Of a stretch of DNA of 64,000 bases, positions 51,026-64,000 are shown piece after piece; the stretch's first letter is position 1, and every line of letters starts with the position of its first letter. The stretch lies in NCBI RefSeq assembly GCF_036365525.1, contig NC_090413.1, positions 28,782,262 through 28,846,261 of the forward strand, written 5' to 3'. The stretch comes from Heterodontus francisci (lineage: Eukaryota). A program made the position numbers and the translations under genes. Under the pieces are notes generated by a model. That model did no database searches, had not been told where the DNA came from, and saw only the letters and a list, made by a program, of their open reading frames with translations.

Positions 51026-53624
51026 AAATCCATTCAGCATCTCACTCAATCCTACTTCTGTAGGCTCCTCACATCTTTTACTCCTTTAACTTTGGTTGAC
51101 CCCCAGACTCTACTCACCATTTGTGCTAAAGGTAGCATGCATTTTGACCCTTGCACTGTGGAATTTGGATCCTGAAACCTTGTCTTGATATGCTGTTTCT
51201 CATCTTCAAAGTTTCCTCAAAATTTATCTCTATAACTATGTTTTTGATTGCAGGAGCCAGGAAATTGAGAGGATTAATAATTTTTCTTTCTCCCATCCTT
51301 TTGTAAAATGCTTTGGGACTGTACAAATTGCTGTTCTGATTATATCAGATGTGGTGTTGAGTACATGCCTAATACTATCTTGCTCTGTCTGCATTCCTGA
51401 TCATTGCTCAACAATCCAGTAGTGTCTGTAGCTATACACAAGCTTTCATTTTTGTCTGTCACTTCTTTCTATTCTTTACTTTCAGTATTGGAAAAACCTG
51501 TGATCAGGTAGAACTGTGGTTTGAGTCTTTCCAAAACTGATAAGAATTTTTTTACCTTCTGTTTTGCCACCTCCTGGTCCTAGCACAGGGCTACTTCCCT
51601 GCACATATCCAAAGCTATCATTATAACAATGAGCTGACCATCAGAAATGGTTTGCAAAGAGAAAATGGGCCTCGGGTGATCTTTGCACTCATTTCGAGGC
51701 AATTGTAGTTGATCTTTTATTAGATGCTGGAGTATTCAATGTAGAAGTAGAACAATTGAGGAAGCAGCATGGCCACAGCTGGTGCAGATGGATTAATGCA
51801 CTATTATACCTACAAAGCATTGCTATCACATCCTATTTACAAGCAACACATAAGCATAACTACATTCATTAATTACATTTTCTGATTTTCTTGGCTCTGT
51901 AGTTTAACCTGTTTGGACCCAGACCTCAGATACTGGAGATGAAAGTCCAAGACTTTAGTTGCAGTAAAAAATACACTAAACTATTTGAAAATACATGCCC
52001 AATACCCAAAGTTCCTGCTAAAACACCAAAGCAATGACTTCTCCCTCTGTCCAGTCTGATGATCAGATTTTTCTACAGCATCCTCCCAGTGGTTCTCATT
52101 TCTCCCATTGTTGGTTGTTAAAAACTCTATCACTATGATGATAATACAGAGGGGCGCATTTCCTGCAGGCAATCAGAGTTTGCTCTGTACTGTCAGTTTG
52201 TTCTGGCTGGCAATGGTTTCAGCTGAAAGCTCAGAGATAAAAACGATGCTCAATCACACATTCTCTCAAAACAGACATTGTGCAGAATTGCACCTTGATC
52301 ATGCAGTGTGTTTTAGGAGGTCAAACTAATTTTAACTTTAGTTTATTCAAATTCTAACTACATATCTTTGTACTGGATATACCGTTAACCAGCTATGGAT
52401 AGTGGCATCCAGAGAAAGTGAAATTTTTAGTTTAAAAACTTTACATTTATACTTCAAGTGAATGTTAGCAACAACAACTTGCATATAGTATTTTCAAAGT
52501 AGAAAAACATCTCAAAGCCCCTCAGAGGGAGGTCAGAAATGAATGAACGCAGAGTAATGGAAGAGAGTTAGGAGGGTGGCCGATAGCTTATTTGAGATGA
52601 TGGGTTTTAGGAAGACTTGTAAGGTAGAAAGATACAGGGAGCATTTTGGAGAGTGGGATTGAGGCGTTTATAAGTTCTGGCATCAATTGTGGGCAAAGGG
52701 GTGGTATATACGAAAGGAAAATTTGAAGAATTCAGAATGCAAGTCGGAAGGACCTTGCAATGGTAGGGTCGGACAAGGCTCCGGAGAGATTTAAGATGGG
52801 ATTAAACATCTAATATTCAATGTGTTGGAATACAGGAAGACAGTGTAGATTAGGAAGGACAGAGGGATGGGTGAGTGAAACTCTCTGTGGGACAGGATAC
52901 AGAGAGCTGAAGGAGTCATGGGGTATCCTTGATGTTCAGGGCAATCCTCGAGTAATAGGTTTTAGGTGAGGAAAGTGAGTCAAATATGAACTAAATATGG
53001 TTGAGTTGGTCTAGTGATTGATGAGTGGGCCAGTTATATGCTGGGTGTAGTCAGGTTTATGGTTCCTTGGACTTCAGGACATTGTACCAGGCAACAGCAG
53101 GAATGGGAGACAGTATTAATGAATGTAATGATTTGGTGAGAACAAGTACATTGTGGGCAGAGGTGAGGGAGCAATTACTTTCAAAGCAAACATTAGTTTG
53201 AAAAGATGATTTTTCCAGCATTTGCACTTAATTCACTACAAAAACAAATTCTTTTAGTACAATTTTCTTCAAAAAAAATTCTGTTTACTTGTTCAAATAT
53301 ACCACACCAGTAGTCTATGAACAGCACTTTTTGTCCAAAAGAGTTGTGATATCACTATCTATAATTATCTCTACAAATATCAGCAAGATTTCAGAAAAAT
53401 ACCTTCATACTATGGATGTTACATTAATAAAACTGTCACAGTATACACAGTATGTGCTCAGAAAACAGTAGTGACGATAGTTCAAAAAGGCATCCGTTTG
53501 TAAAATATACTTTATAAAAACAATATTTATGCCATAACAAAGATTATTGTACAGTAGAAACAACTGCCATTTATAATGTAGTAAAATTTCCCAAGGTTCC
53601 CAAGGGAGAGTGAACAAACAAAAT

Positions 53625-54405
53625 GGGCTGAATCGGCAGGGAGCTTCAAAAAGTGCGCGGTGCACGCATGAGACAAGCACCACGGAGCCGCCGTGATATT
53701 TTGCGTGGTGACTCATTAACATGGAATAGGCAGAAGGCCCGCCCCCGATGACATAGAGGGGGCAGGTGCTCCGTCCATGGCAACAGCATCCGGTATCAGC
53801 GCACAGGCACCGGCAACATTTTTAAAGGGCTTCAAGTCCTTCAGTTAAATCTAAATTTTTAAAGGTCCCACTTCTATAAAAATGGCAATAAAATTTTAAT
53901 TTAACTTTGAATCCCCTCTCCCACCACTGGGTACTCAATAAAGAAATTGACCTATCCCCTCAAAAAAAACACCTTTTGTTATTACGAACTCCACCCCCCC
54001 ACCCCGAACCTCTGCATCTCAATCCCTTCCCACCATCCCCACAACCAATAGGAACAGTTTCCCCCACTCACGCCCTGAATATTTCACTCCTCCCCCCCTC
54101 CCCACCATGTCACGCCTTGGATCTCCAAACGAAGATCTGAAGACATAGGAGCTCTGGCCACTGGCCGGAATATCAGCGTGGGACGGCCTTCGTGACAAGG
54201 TAAGTGCTTTTGCATGTAGTTAAATTAATTTTAATATTTAAATGAGGCTTTGTCGAGTGGCAGGGGGACCGCACTGAGGCCTCGCTGCCACCGGTAAAAT
54301 GCAGCAAGACCTTCCCAGCATCAAGGCCCGTGGTGGACCTCTTCTGGAAGTATTTTCTGGACCCCTCCCCCCCCCCACCGTCGGCTGGTTTACAAAATTC
54401 AGCCC
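53625..54405. mobile_element. GC-rich MITE (Harbinger-like)
   Basis: TIR gggctgaat / attcagccc, 3-bp TSD aat. Confidence 0.72.
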
Positions 54406-55230
54406 AATTTGTCACCAATCCACATAAGGAGATATTAGGAAAGAGAAAGAACTGCATTTATATAGCACCTTTCACCACCACAGGACGTCCCAAAGCAGTT
54501 TTCCACCAATGAAGTACTTTTGAAGTTTAATCAGTGTTGCACTTTAGGAAATGCAGCAGCCAATTCCCACAAACACAATGTGATAATGACAGGATAATTC
54601 TTTTTGTGATGTTGATTGAGGGATCAATAATGTTCAGGATACTGGCGATAACTCCCCTGCTCTTCTTCAGAAATAGTACGAGGGATCTCTTACGTCCATC
54701 AGAGGGGGCAGATGGGGTCTCGGTTTACTGTCTCATCTGAAAAATGGCACCACCAACAGTGCAGCAATCCCTCAGTACTGCACTGGACTGTCAGCTTTGA
54801 TTTTGTGGTGAAGTCCTGGAGTGGGACTTGAACCCACAACCTTTTGAGTCAGAGGCAACTGAGGCAGCTGACACAAGTGACCAAAACCTTCGTCAAAGAT
54901 GTAGCTTTTAAGGAGAGTCTCAAAGGATGGTGGAGGGGCAGAGAGCTTTAGGGAGGGAATTCCTCAGCTGAGGGCCGAGGCAGCTGAAAGCACAGTCGCT
55001 AATGTTAGGATGATGAAAATCAGGATGTGCAAGAAACCAGAATTGGAGGCACGCAGATTTCTCAGCAGGTTACAGGGCTCAGGGAGGCACATAAGAAGGT
55101 AACAAATAGGAGCATAAGTGGCTATATTACCCTTTGAGCCTGCTCTGCCTTACAATATCATGGCTGATCTGATCTTGGCCTCAACTCCACTTTCCTGCCA
55201 GTTCCCCATAGCCCTCGACTCCCCTATAAT
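54406..55230 (-). mobile_element. L2 + DeuSINE-like SINE (~54450-54870) + CR1 3' tail (~55089-55230)
   Basis: Paralogous to 4490-5190, with an added CR1 tail. Confidence 0.7.
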
Positions 55231-55673
55231 CTGAGGTGTTGTCTCACATCACCTGTTTGTAAAATATACATTGCAGAAACAATATTTATGCCAGAAAACA
55301 AACAGTCACAACAGAAATAGATTAGCCTTCATCTCATTTAGTGGGAAAGCCAGTTTTTTTCGCACTGCTATTGTTACCACTGCTGAACCCAACTAGATAC
55401 CAAAGTTCAGGTGACTTTCCAGTGTTTGTGGAAATTAAAATATAATTTCAAACACACTGATTTGAAAACAGTCCAAAAATACTGAGTGTTGTCAGCAATG
55501 AGCTGTTCTTACAGTTAGTGCATTAATGACTGCGAGTGGACTTTATCATTGCAATCAGTGGCGTCCCTCAGTAACAATATTAACAGCATCGTTGGAATTT
55601 CTTCCCAAAATCAGGACATGTAATATCATTTTAATTGGTTAAACCTGTTTGTAATTGTCATTATCCCACCAGG

Positions 55674-55870
55674 TTATGGATCAAGTTTTTTCAAAGGGAC
55701 ATTTTCCTGGTATTCATTTCCATTGGGGATCTGTGGATTGTTGTTTGGTTTTGCTTTGTATACTTTATATAATCCTCTTTTATGGGCACTGGATATTTTG
55801 TACAAGGCAACAACTAATAGGATCATTGCTAATATTCCTGCGATCACCAAAAATAGTATCCATAGTTCAC
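55674..55870 (-). CDS. Copy 2 terminal TM + cytoplasmic exon (A type)
   Basis: Protein identical to exon A at 6389-6585. Confidence 0.88.
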
Positions 55871-57227
55871 CTATGAAAACATACAAAAAAGTTACATAAA
55901 TTATTGACAGTCCCAGGGCAATATATTTATTACAAAACTCCTGATCATCTCTAAAATTTGTGTTATAAACAATGGGAATTTTTCATGGACTTCCAAATGT
56001 GTTACATTCAGCTCTTCCGTCTGATTTTCAAGTTGTGTTCTTCACCTCCTTTCATTGTCCCCAAACCACAGCCCAGTCCTGATTATCATAGTGGATAGAC
56101 TGCCTGTTCCCAGGTACCTGTCTTTTCCCATTTACACTACTCCAAGGAATTGTATATAGGTAATGGAGATCAATTCCTCTCTGTGGAACTTAGATTTTAC
56201 TGAATCATAACTATAGAGTCCATCATCTTCCCTGGCATGGAGTGCACCAGTCAGTGTCGGGGAAGGGATGAAGAGTTTATATTTAAGGCGGAGACCCTTT
56301 GTTAGAACAAAGAATGATGTGGGAACAGGAGAGAGGGGTATCTGTAACCCTGCTATTCGCCTCCTATTTCTCTTTTTGGAATTGACAACTGTGTTTTGCT
56401 AGGCTTTTCTATTTCAATTTCTTACCTGATCTGCAGGAGTTCCATTTTTTTAACTCACTCCGATTTTCTCATTTTACCTCCTTACACACTCCATGTCCCT
56501 CTATTATCTTTCATTAATTTAATAAATCTTTCCATTTTCTGCTGCAAAGATCGCACGTCATCCAACAATTTCCTGTTTTTCTTTAAAGCCAAATTTCACT
56601 GATACTTCTTCTGTTTGTTTGTCCCTACACTTTGCTTCTAATTCTATTTGAAGATCTTGCTCATCTTCCATTTTTCAGCCAAAAACATTCACCATCCATT
56701 CTCTGCACAGATTTTGACTGACCTGCTCTGTTGCAGCCACTCCTGGTTTTGTTTTACATTGTGATTGCCCCCCCTCACTATTAGAATTGAAGCCCAGCCA
56801 TGTGATGCAGCTCACTGAGCTGCCAACACCCTGCACCATGACCGGCAGTGTGTGGATTCACAGCTGCAACTCCCCTGCTGCGGAGTTATTGCTCAGGCAG
56901 TCTGGGCAAACACAGAGCAGGAATAAGGCGCTCCTACACACAAAGAGAAACAAGTGGAAGGGAGTATCACTCTGGGCCATTCTTACTAATGTCCTAGAGG
57001 CCAATTACAGAGCAGCATTGTGAGAGGCAGGCAGTAGTTTATCCATTTGGCCCATTGCCAGCAAGTGTGGAGTAGAACAGGAGGAGTCTTAAAGAAAATA
57101 AATGAATAACTGAGTTAAGTAAACCGAAATGGCACTCGGGATTTATTTGGGATAACAGAAATGCTGCTTCAATCCACAAAGGAATAATTATTTATTCTTT
57201 GCATTCTGACCAATATTACAAACTGAC

Positions 57228-57509
57228 CTTTGATCCTGATGTCCACTTCCTTCTCATCAGTTCCATATTTATTGGTAACTGTACATTTATAAATGCCTTG
57301 ATGTTCTGATGTTGCGTGGGAAATATGGAGGACTCCAAGAGGACCATCCTGAATGTTCCTGCCATTACTGGGGGCTTCCCACTTTAATGTCGGCGTGGGG
57401 TTTCCACTGGAATTGCAGATAATTGTAACCTCATCACCTTCACTGAGGGTTACTGGAACCCCTGACACGGTTTGGTCATTTACTGATATGGTTGTATTTT
57501 GAGGTTTAT
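57228..57509 (-). CDS. Copy 2 Ig domain 6 exon
   Basis: Paralogue of 8289-8570, 282 bp, splice sites intact. Confidence 0.88.
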
Positions 57510-57844
57510 CTGGAAAAGAGAAAAGGAAAAGATGAAAAGAGGCAGGAAAGGCACATCACAGGATCACTGACACAGCACCACATCAGTGCTTGGATTAGCT
57601 GCATTCCCAAACTTAGTCACATATTGTGCTCTCATCCATCTTCAACAGCCAGTTCAGAACATCTGAATCCCTACAGTTGGATTGAAGTCCAGTGAGTGTT
57701 ACTGCCTGGAATTTACTCCCACTCATCTGTCATTTTATAAAGCCAAAGTGAAATGCAGTTTCTTTGTAAATATAAACTCAACATAACAGCCACTCACTGG
57801 ATCAGCTTGCATAAGGATATCACTTCCTGTAATCCATTACTCAC

Positions 57845-58090
57845 ACAAAATGACTGAATTTACAGAGGAGTTTCTGGATCCATACTCATTGGTAACTGTG
57901 CACGTGTACAGACCACTATGCCACATTTGAACTGATGGGATGTGGAGTATCTCTCTGCTGAGTATCTTCCCATCTTTGGTCCAGAACACCTGGGGAGCTG
58001 GGTTCCCTGCACCATGACATGTTAAATTCTGTGATTTCCCTTCAATCCAGTCTTCTTGTGCTTTAAAGATCTGTGCTTCCATTGGAGCAT
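57845..58090 (-). CDS. Copy 2 Ig domain 5 exon
   Basis: Paralogue of 8960-9205; one synonymous difference seen. Confidence 0.88.
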
Positions 58091-58235
58091 CTGTAAATTT
58101 CATTAGAATACAAAATTAAAACTTGAAATTGAATAACAAAGCTCAAATACTTTTCAGATCTTTCTGGTGATTTTATTTTGGTGCTCTCCAGATGTCAGTG
58201 CTCAGAATAAAACTGACTTCTGTATGAAAACTCAG

Positions 58236-59141
58236 TGTCATGCTGGGCCTCCACCTGCCAAGAACGAGTTACATTAATTTTGTCATGAACATTGATTTTA
58301 ACCTGTTACTAGAGTGAAGAAGACTTGCTAAGCAGATCAGCCATGGCTGGAAAATACATTTGCGTATTAACAGATGGTGTTTGGAAGAACAAAGCAGCCA
58401 TTCCCTGACATTCAACCCACAATGGAGTTTTAATCACCAGGTGAAGGTGGGGGAGCTCACATTCCAGGTTGACTGCTAAGATGACTGAATACATAAATGG
58501 ACATGCTCAAACCAGCTAGTCACATGACTAACCTGCTGGGCAACCTGAGTTTTTTGAATTTGTACAAACATTTTCTGCTGAAAGCTGTTTGCTCCTGGAC
58601 TGAGAAGATGCATCTCCTGTCTGCTCCCATCTCTTTCTCACAAACCTCTGAATCCACTGAAGACACATGAACCCCAAGAGAAAGAGAGAAAAGTCTCCTA
58701 CAGCGAACAAGGTTTAAGAAGAATACTGGGCCCCAACAAAACCAAGATCTACCTACAATCAAGGATTCTACAGTGAGCTCGAAGAACTGTAACAATAACT
58801 CTTCAGATATTGCCTCAAACCTTTCCACTTTATTTTTCTTCTGCTCTTTTCTGTCTCTATTTGCATGTGTGCAACGGGTATGCATGCTAGCATGGGGCAT
58901 GGCATGTATCCGTAGGCGTTAACCGAATTAGAGTTTAAGTTTAATAAATTTTAAATTTTCTTCGTTAAACCGAAGAAAGCATGTTTGTGCTACTTTTTTT
59001 GCCTTATAATTGGAAAGTGGCGAACAAGGATTCAGTAAGGGGGAGCTAAAAACACAATGTGTTTAAAATTAAACCCTGTTACAGAAGACCAGATGAAGAC
59101 TGAAAGGGAACCCTAGACCTCTTACTCACCTAGTCATAACA
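58236..59141. mobile_element. Solo LTR (paralogue of 9351-10225)
   Basis: TG...CA termini, TSD TCAG. Confidence 0.8.
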
Positions 59142-59464
59142 TCAGAGTCAGCATGAAACACTCCCAGGTCAAATAAAGCACAGGAGTAAAGGCAGAATAA
59201 TTGTCCCTGTACTCTGCAGCAAAGAGCAAACTTTTGAGTGCCACTTTTGAGAGATCTCCAAGTGATGTCTACTTTATCCTGTTTTTGAATAGCTGATTGA
59301 GCACCACTCTGAGAATAGAGAAGGGTGGTCTTTGGTTAAACGGTTCTAAGAGGAGTTTTACAGCTCTCTAGTTAGATGGACTTATTGAACTATTGTTGAA
59401 ATCTTACAGTGCAATATTCGTAATTAATCGATTAATACAATGTGTTATATACAATACAAAAAAA

Positions 59465-61241
59465 AAAGATTAGTGAAGACAAATGTGGGTCCCTTATAGT
59501 CGGAAATGGAGGAATTTATAATGGGGAACAAAGAAATGGCAGACCAATTAAATACATACTTTGGTTCTGTTTTCACAAAGGAAGACACAAATTACCTGCC
59601 AGAAATGTTGGGGAACATAGGGTCTAGTGAGAAGGAGGAACTGTATGAAATCAGTATTAGCAGGGAAATGGAGTTAGGGAAATTGATGGGATTGAAGGCC
59701 AATAAATCCCCCCAAGCCTGATAATCTACATCCCAGTGTACTTAAGGAAGTGGAAATAGTAGATGTATTGCTGGTCATTTTTCAAAATTCTATAGACTCT
59801 GGAACAGTTCCAATGGATTGGAGGGTAGCGAATGTAACCCCACTATGTAAAAAAGCAGGCAGAGAGAAAACAGGGAATTATAGACCAGTTAGCCTGACAT
59901 CAGTAGTGAGGAAAATGCTCGAGTCCATTACAAAAGATGCAATAGCAGAGCACTTGGAAAACAATGACAGGATCGGACAAAGTCAACATGGATTTACGAA
60001 AGGGAAATCATGCTTGACAAATCTACTGGAATTTTTTGAGGATGTAACTAGCAGAATAGATAAGGGAGAACCAGTGGATGTGGAGTATTTGGACTTTCAG
60101 AAGGCTTTCGATAAGGTCCCACATAAGTGATTAGTGTTAAAATTAAAGCACATGGGATTGGTGGTAAGGTACTGACACTGAGAGAGCTAGTTGGCAGAAA
60201 GGAAACAAAGAGTAGGAATAAACAGGTCTTTTTCCGAGTGGCAGGCAGTGACTAGTGGGGTACCGCAGGGATCAGTGCTAGCCAGAATATATAATTAATG
60301 ATATAGATGAGGCAATTAAATGTAATATATCCAAGTTTGCAGATGACACAAAGCTGGGTGGGAGTGTGAGCTGTGAGGAGGATGCAGAGAAGCTCCAGTG
60401 TGATTTGGACAGGTTGAGTGAGTGGGCAAATACATGACAGATGCAGTATAATGTGGATAAATGTGAGGTTATCCACTTTGGTGGCAAAAACAGAAAGACA
60501 GATTATCTGAACGGCGATAGATTGGGAAAGGGGGAGGTGCAGCGAGACCTGGGTGTCCTTCTGCATCATCACGGAAAGTAAGCATGCAGGTGCAGCAGGC
60601 AATTAAGAAGGCAAATGGTATGTTGGCCTTCATAGCGAGAGGATTCGAGTACAGGAGCAAGGATGTCTTGCTGCAATTATACAGGGCCTTGGTGAGACCA
60701 CACCTGGAATATTGTGTGCAGTTTTGATCTCCTTATCTGAGGAAGGATGTTCTTGGTATGGAGGGAGTGCAGTGAAGGTTCACCAGACTGATTTCTGGCA
60801 GGACTGACGTATGAAGAGAGATTGGGTCGATTAGGCTTGTATTCGCTAGAGTTTAGAAGAATGAGAGGGGATCTCATAGAAACCTACAAATTTCTAACAA
60901 GACTGGAGAGACTAAATGCAGGAAGGATGTTCCCGATGGCGGTAGAGTCCAGGACCAGGGGGTCACGGTCTAAGGATAAGGTGCAAGCCATTTAGGACTG
61001 AGATGAGGAGGGTTTTCTTCACCGAGAGAGTGGTGAACCTGTGGAATTCTCTACCACAGAAAGCAGTTGAGGCCAAATCATTAAATATATTCAAGAAAGA
61101 GTTAGATGTAGTTCTTAGGGCTAAAGGGATCAAGGGATACGGGGAGAAAGCGGGAACAGGGTACTGAGTTTGGATGATCAGCCATGATTGAAGGGCCGAA
61201 TGGCCTTTTCCTGCTGCTATTTTTCTATGTTTCTATGTTTG
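59465..61241 (+). mobile_element. CR1 fragment (paralogue of 10545-12313)
   Basis: Shares the same disablements, e.g. the stop after DKVPHK. Confidence 0.9.
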
Positions 61242-61844
61242 ACATTTCTATGCTATTTTATCAAAAGTGTTAACCTGTTTAAATAAAGATGATGCAATTG
61301 TTTTCTAAATAAACAACCGAATGACCACTGCAAACAATAAACATATCAATACAATATATTTATCTGTTATATTTTTAAATCACAGAGTCACAGCATTCTA
61401 TTTCAAAATACCTTCAAAACTCATGTGTCAAACTCTGGTAATGGGAAATCCCATCGGAAGACTGTCAACAGTTACCTACTGTACCAGTCATGCCTGTATT
61501 CGTCACTTTGACTGATATTTATAACGCTGAAAGACCTGCCATGCATTGTTAGTGCCAGCCCAGTAGTGAAACTATTTTCATCTTTGAAGTCAGTTGTGTG
61601 CAAGCATGTGGCTCCATTACAGATCCACTGGGTGGCAATGTAGAATAAATATATTAAAAAGCCTCTCACTGCATTCAGATGGCAGCCTTTTTAAACCTCC
61701 ATGCGCTGAGGCCTTTCCCCCAAAGTTTCCACCTGAACAAAATGGTGCCTCCTTCAGATATTGCATCAGATTCCAAATCCTCAATATTCCCGGACAGAAA
61801 ATGGGAACCAAGAATCCACAAAGCATAGAAATGTTCCAGAAATT

Positions 61845-62782
61845 GAACTCGACTGACCACATAAATACTGTGGCTACAAGAGCAGGTCAGAGGCTGGGAA
61901 TTCTGCGGTGATTAACTTACCTCCTGTCTCCCCAAAGCCTTTCCACCATCTACAAGGCACATGTCAGGAATGTGATTGAATACTCTCCACTTGCCTGGAT
62001 GGGTGCAGCTCCAACAACACACAAGAAGCTCGACACCATCCAGGACAAAGCAGCCTGCTTGATTGGCACCCCATCTACAAACATTCACTCCCTCCACCAC
62101 TGACGCACAGTGGCAGCAGTGTGTACCATCTACAAGATGCACTGCAGCAACGCACCAAGGCTCCTTAGCACCTTCCAAACCCACGACCTCAAATGGACAG
62201 CAGCGGTTCAAGAAGGCTGCTCACCACCACCTTCTCAAGGGCAATTAGGGATGGGCAATAAATGGTGGCCTAGCCAGCAATGCCCACATCCCATGAATGA
62301 ATTAAAAAAAAGTAAAATTACACAAGAATGTTGAAGAGACAAACATCAGCAGTTACGACAAGAGGGTGGGCTAGATGAACCTCTAATTTCTTTCTCCAGT
62401 GTGATACTTTCTCTGCTTCTATGGCCAGAATTTTACGGTGGATGGATGGGAGCCGGACTCCGACATGAAAGATGGTGGTGAACCCGCTTCCGCCTAGCCT
62501 GGGGATCCGTCCCGTAATTCACGGCTCCCCAGGCTTTAATTGTTCTGAGGCGGGACCTCCACCCACCTGAGGGAGGAGGTCCCGCCTCAGTGAGCTGCCG
62601 GCCAATCAGCGGCTACGTGGCCACTTAAGGGCCTTGATTGGCCTCGGGTGGGCGGGCCATTTCCCACCCCCCCGCCATAAACTTGTCCGGAGGCGGAAGC
62701 AGGGCAGGTAGGCATCCCGGAGCATTCCACTCAATTTTACACCGAACCCACGCCACCGCTGGGGCAGTGTAAAATTCCGGCC
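61845..62782 (+). mobile_element. CR1-group 3' fragment and MITE (62423-62782), paralogues of 12915-14358
   Basis: Same insertion points but different internal deletions. Confidence 0.8.
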
Positions 62783-63374
62783 TATGTTTTTCTTTTTTTC
62801 CATCACAATATCGTTTCAGACAAAATAGGATCATTTCTCCCCAGAGTATTTCTCCATGAGTGTTGGACAATTACATCAGTCTTTCTGCAGTATTCATGAG
62901 CTAGATGTTCTCTTTTCATTCTTCACAACTGTTACTCTGTTGAACATGCTATTTTAGCATTCTTCATCTCCCATTTAATAGATCCTATTAATATCCCTCA
63001 TGTTACAACAGCCCAGTACGGCTCAGCTTCCAATTGCTCCTCGCTTGTCCCTGTGGAAGTGTCTGGCCTTCAATTAGCATCTCACCCAATGGTCTGGTCA
63101 GGACATGTACCTTGCTATATGGGGTCCCAGGACACACGTTCACGTGATTGCAATCTGTGGTCAGTAATGGACAGTGTCCCCACACAGCCCCGTCCTGTGT
63201 TCTGCATTCTGATCAACCTCAGAGACAAAAATGCCACTGGAAAGCAGGATAAATGCGATGAGACCAATTCTGTTTTTTTCAGGACTAAGAGAAGGGTCAG
63301 TATGAGTTTCATTGGTCTCCATTCGAAATTAAAAAACCTCACTAACTATTTGTAACCAAAATGATGCAACTTAC

Positions 63375-63656
63375 ACAGGACGTGGAGGGTGTCAACCTGT
63401 TTTTTAACACGGCTTGTTGACGGATCTTGAAGTTTCAGTTCAGCCTCGCAGATGTACTGCTGTCCATCCAGCTTTGCTTCTGCATCCACAGTATAGTAGA
63501 TACTGAGCCCAGTACGGCTTGATTCATTCACTAATATGTCATTTCTGTTCTTCAGACTGAGTTGAAGTTCCCCTGAGACATTAAACACACTGCAGGTAAT
63601 ATTAACTGGGTTTCCTTCAGGGCTGATTGGTACTTGGATTTCAGGGTCAGGAAAAA
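63375..63656 (-). CDS. Copy 2 Ig domain 4 exon (gene continues beyond the window end)
   Basis: Paralogue of 14949-15230, same splice sites, 282 bp, open frame. Confidence 0.88.
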
Positions 63657-64000
63657 CTGTAAAAATAATAGAGAAAAGTTGTTAGAAACACTCCCAAGCT
63701 TATCTTGCAGCTGCTCAGTGTGAAAATTCATCCTGGAGACTTGATCTGTTGTGCTGTTTTATCATTGATCCATATTACATGCCTGTGCCACACAGACACA
63801 TCCAGCTACTCCACTAAGGCTGGGTAGAGAACTTTAATCACTTTCAATCAATGACCATCTGATACATGATTTTGTAAGTGGAACCGGATTTTTAAAAAAA
63901 TCTGAGATCATACCCTATCTTCACGAAATGTACTCACTCATCACTGAGCACAACTCATTTATCTCATTACATGATTGTTCCTTTGTCAAGATGAGACATA

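Larger units (their letters stand above)
51045..55481 (+). repeat. Older, more diverged paralogy to ~3265-5467 (3' flank of the gene unit)
   Basis: 51047-51640 aligns to 3267-3930; 53490-53624 to 4352-4495; 55230-55481 to 5245-5467; many substitutions and different TE insertions. Confidence 0.85.
55482..64000 (+). repeat. Segmental duplicate of ~6196-15575 (near-identical layer)
   Basis: Collinear exons, introns, solo LTR and CR1 fragments match 6196-15575 with few substitutions or indels. Confidence 0.95.

Overview
Vertebrate genomic DNA, most likely a shark or other elasmobranch (inferred from HE1/V-SINE-like and DeuSINE-like SINEs plus dense CR1, L2 and Penelope content). The host content is a tandem pair of minus-strand ICAM/VCAM-family genes about 48-49 kb apart. 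Copy 1 has six Ig exons joined by phase-1 introns (45667 down to 8289) and two alternative transmembrane/cytoplasmic terminal exons (6389-6585 and 5661-5869); I could not locate its signal-peptide exon. Only the 3' half of copy 2 (D4-D6 plus one TM exon, 55674-63656) is in the window. The copies show two layers of similarity: older diverged flanks and a near-identical gene body, consistent with recent patchy homogenisation. The 27.7-kb D1-D2 intron is a stack of nested transposons. It includes a Penelope fragment with a canonical minimal hammerhead ribozyme, a palindromic Penelope insertion, an unclassified 1.5-kb minisatellite-bearing element with a 9-bp TSD, and a full-length CR1 whose 5' repeat monomers were hit repeatedly by other CR1s. 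All identities and alignments are by eye.
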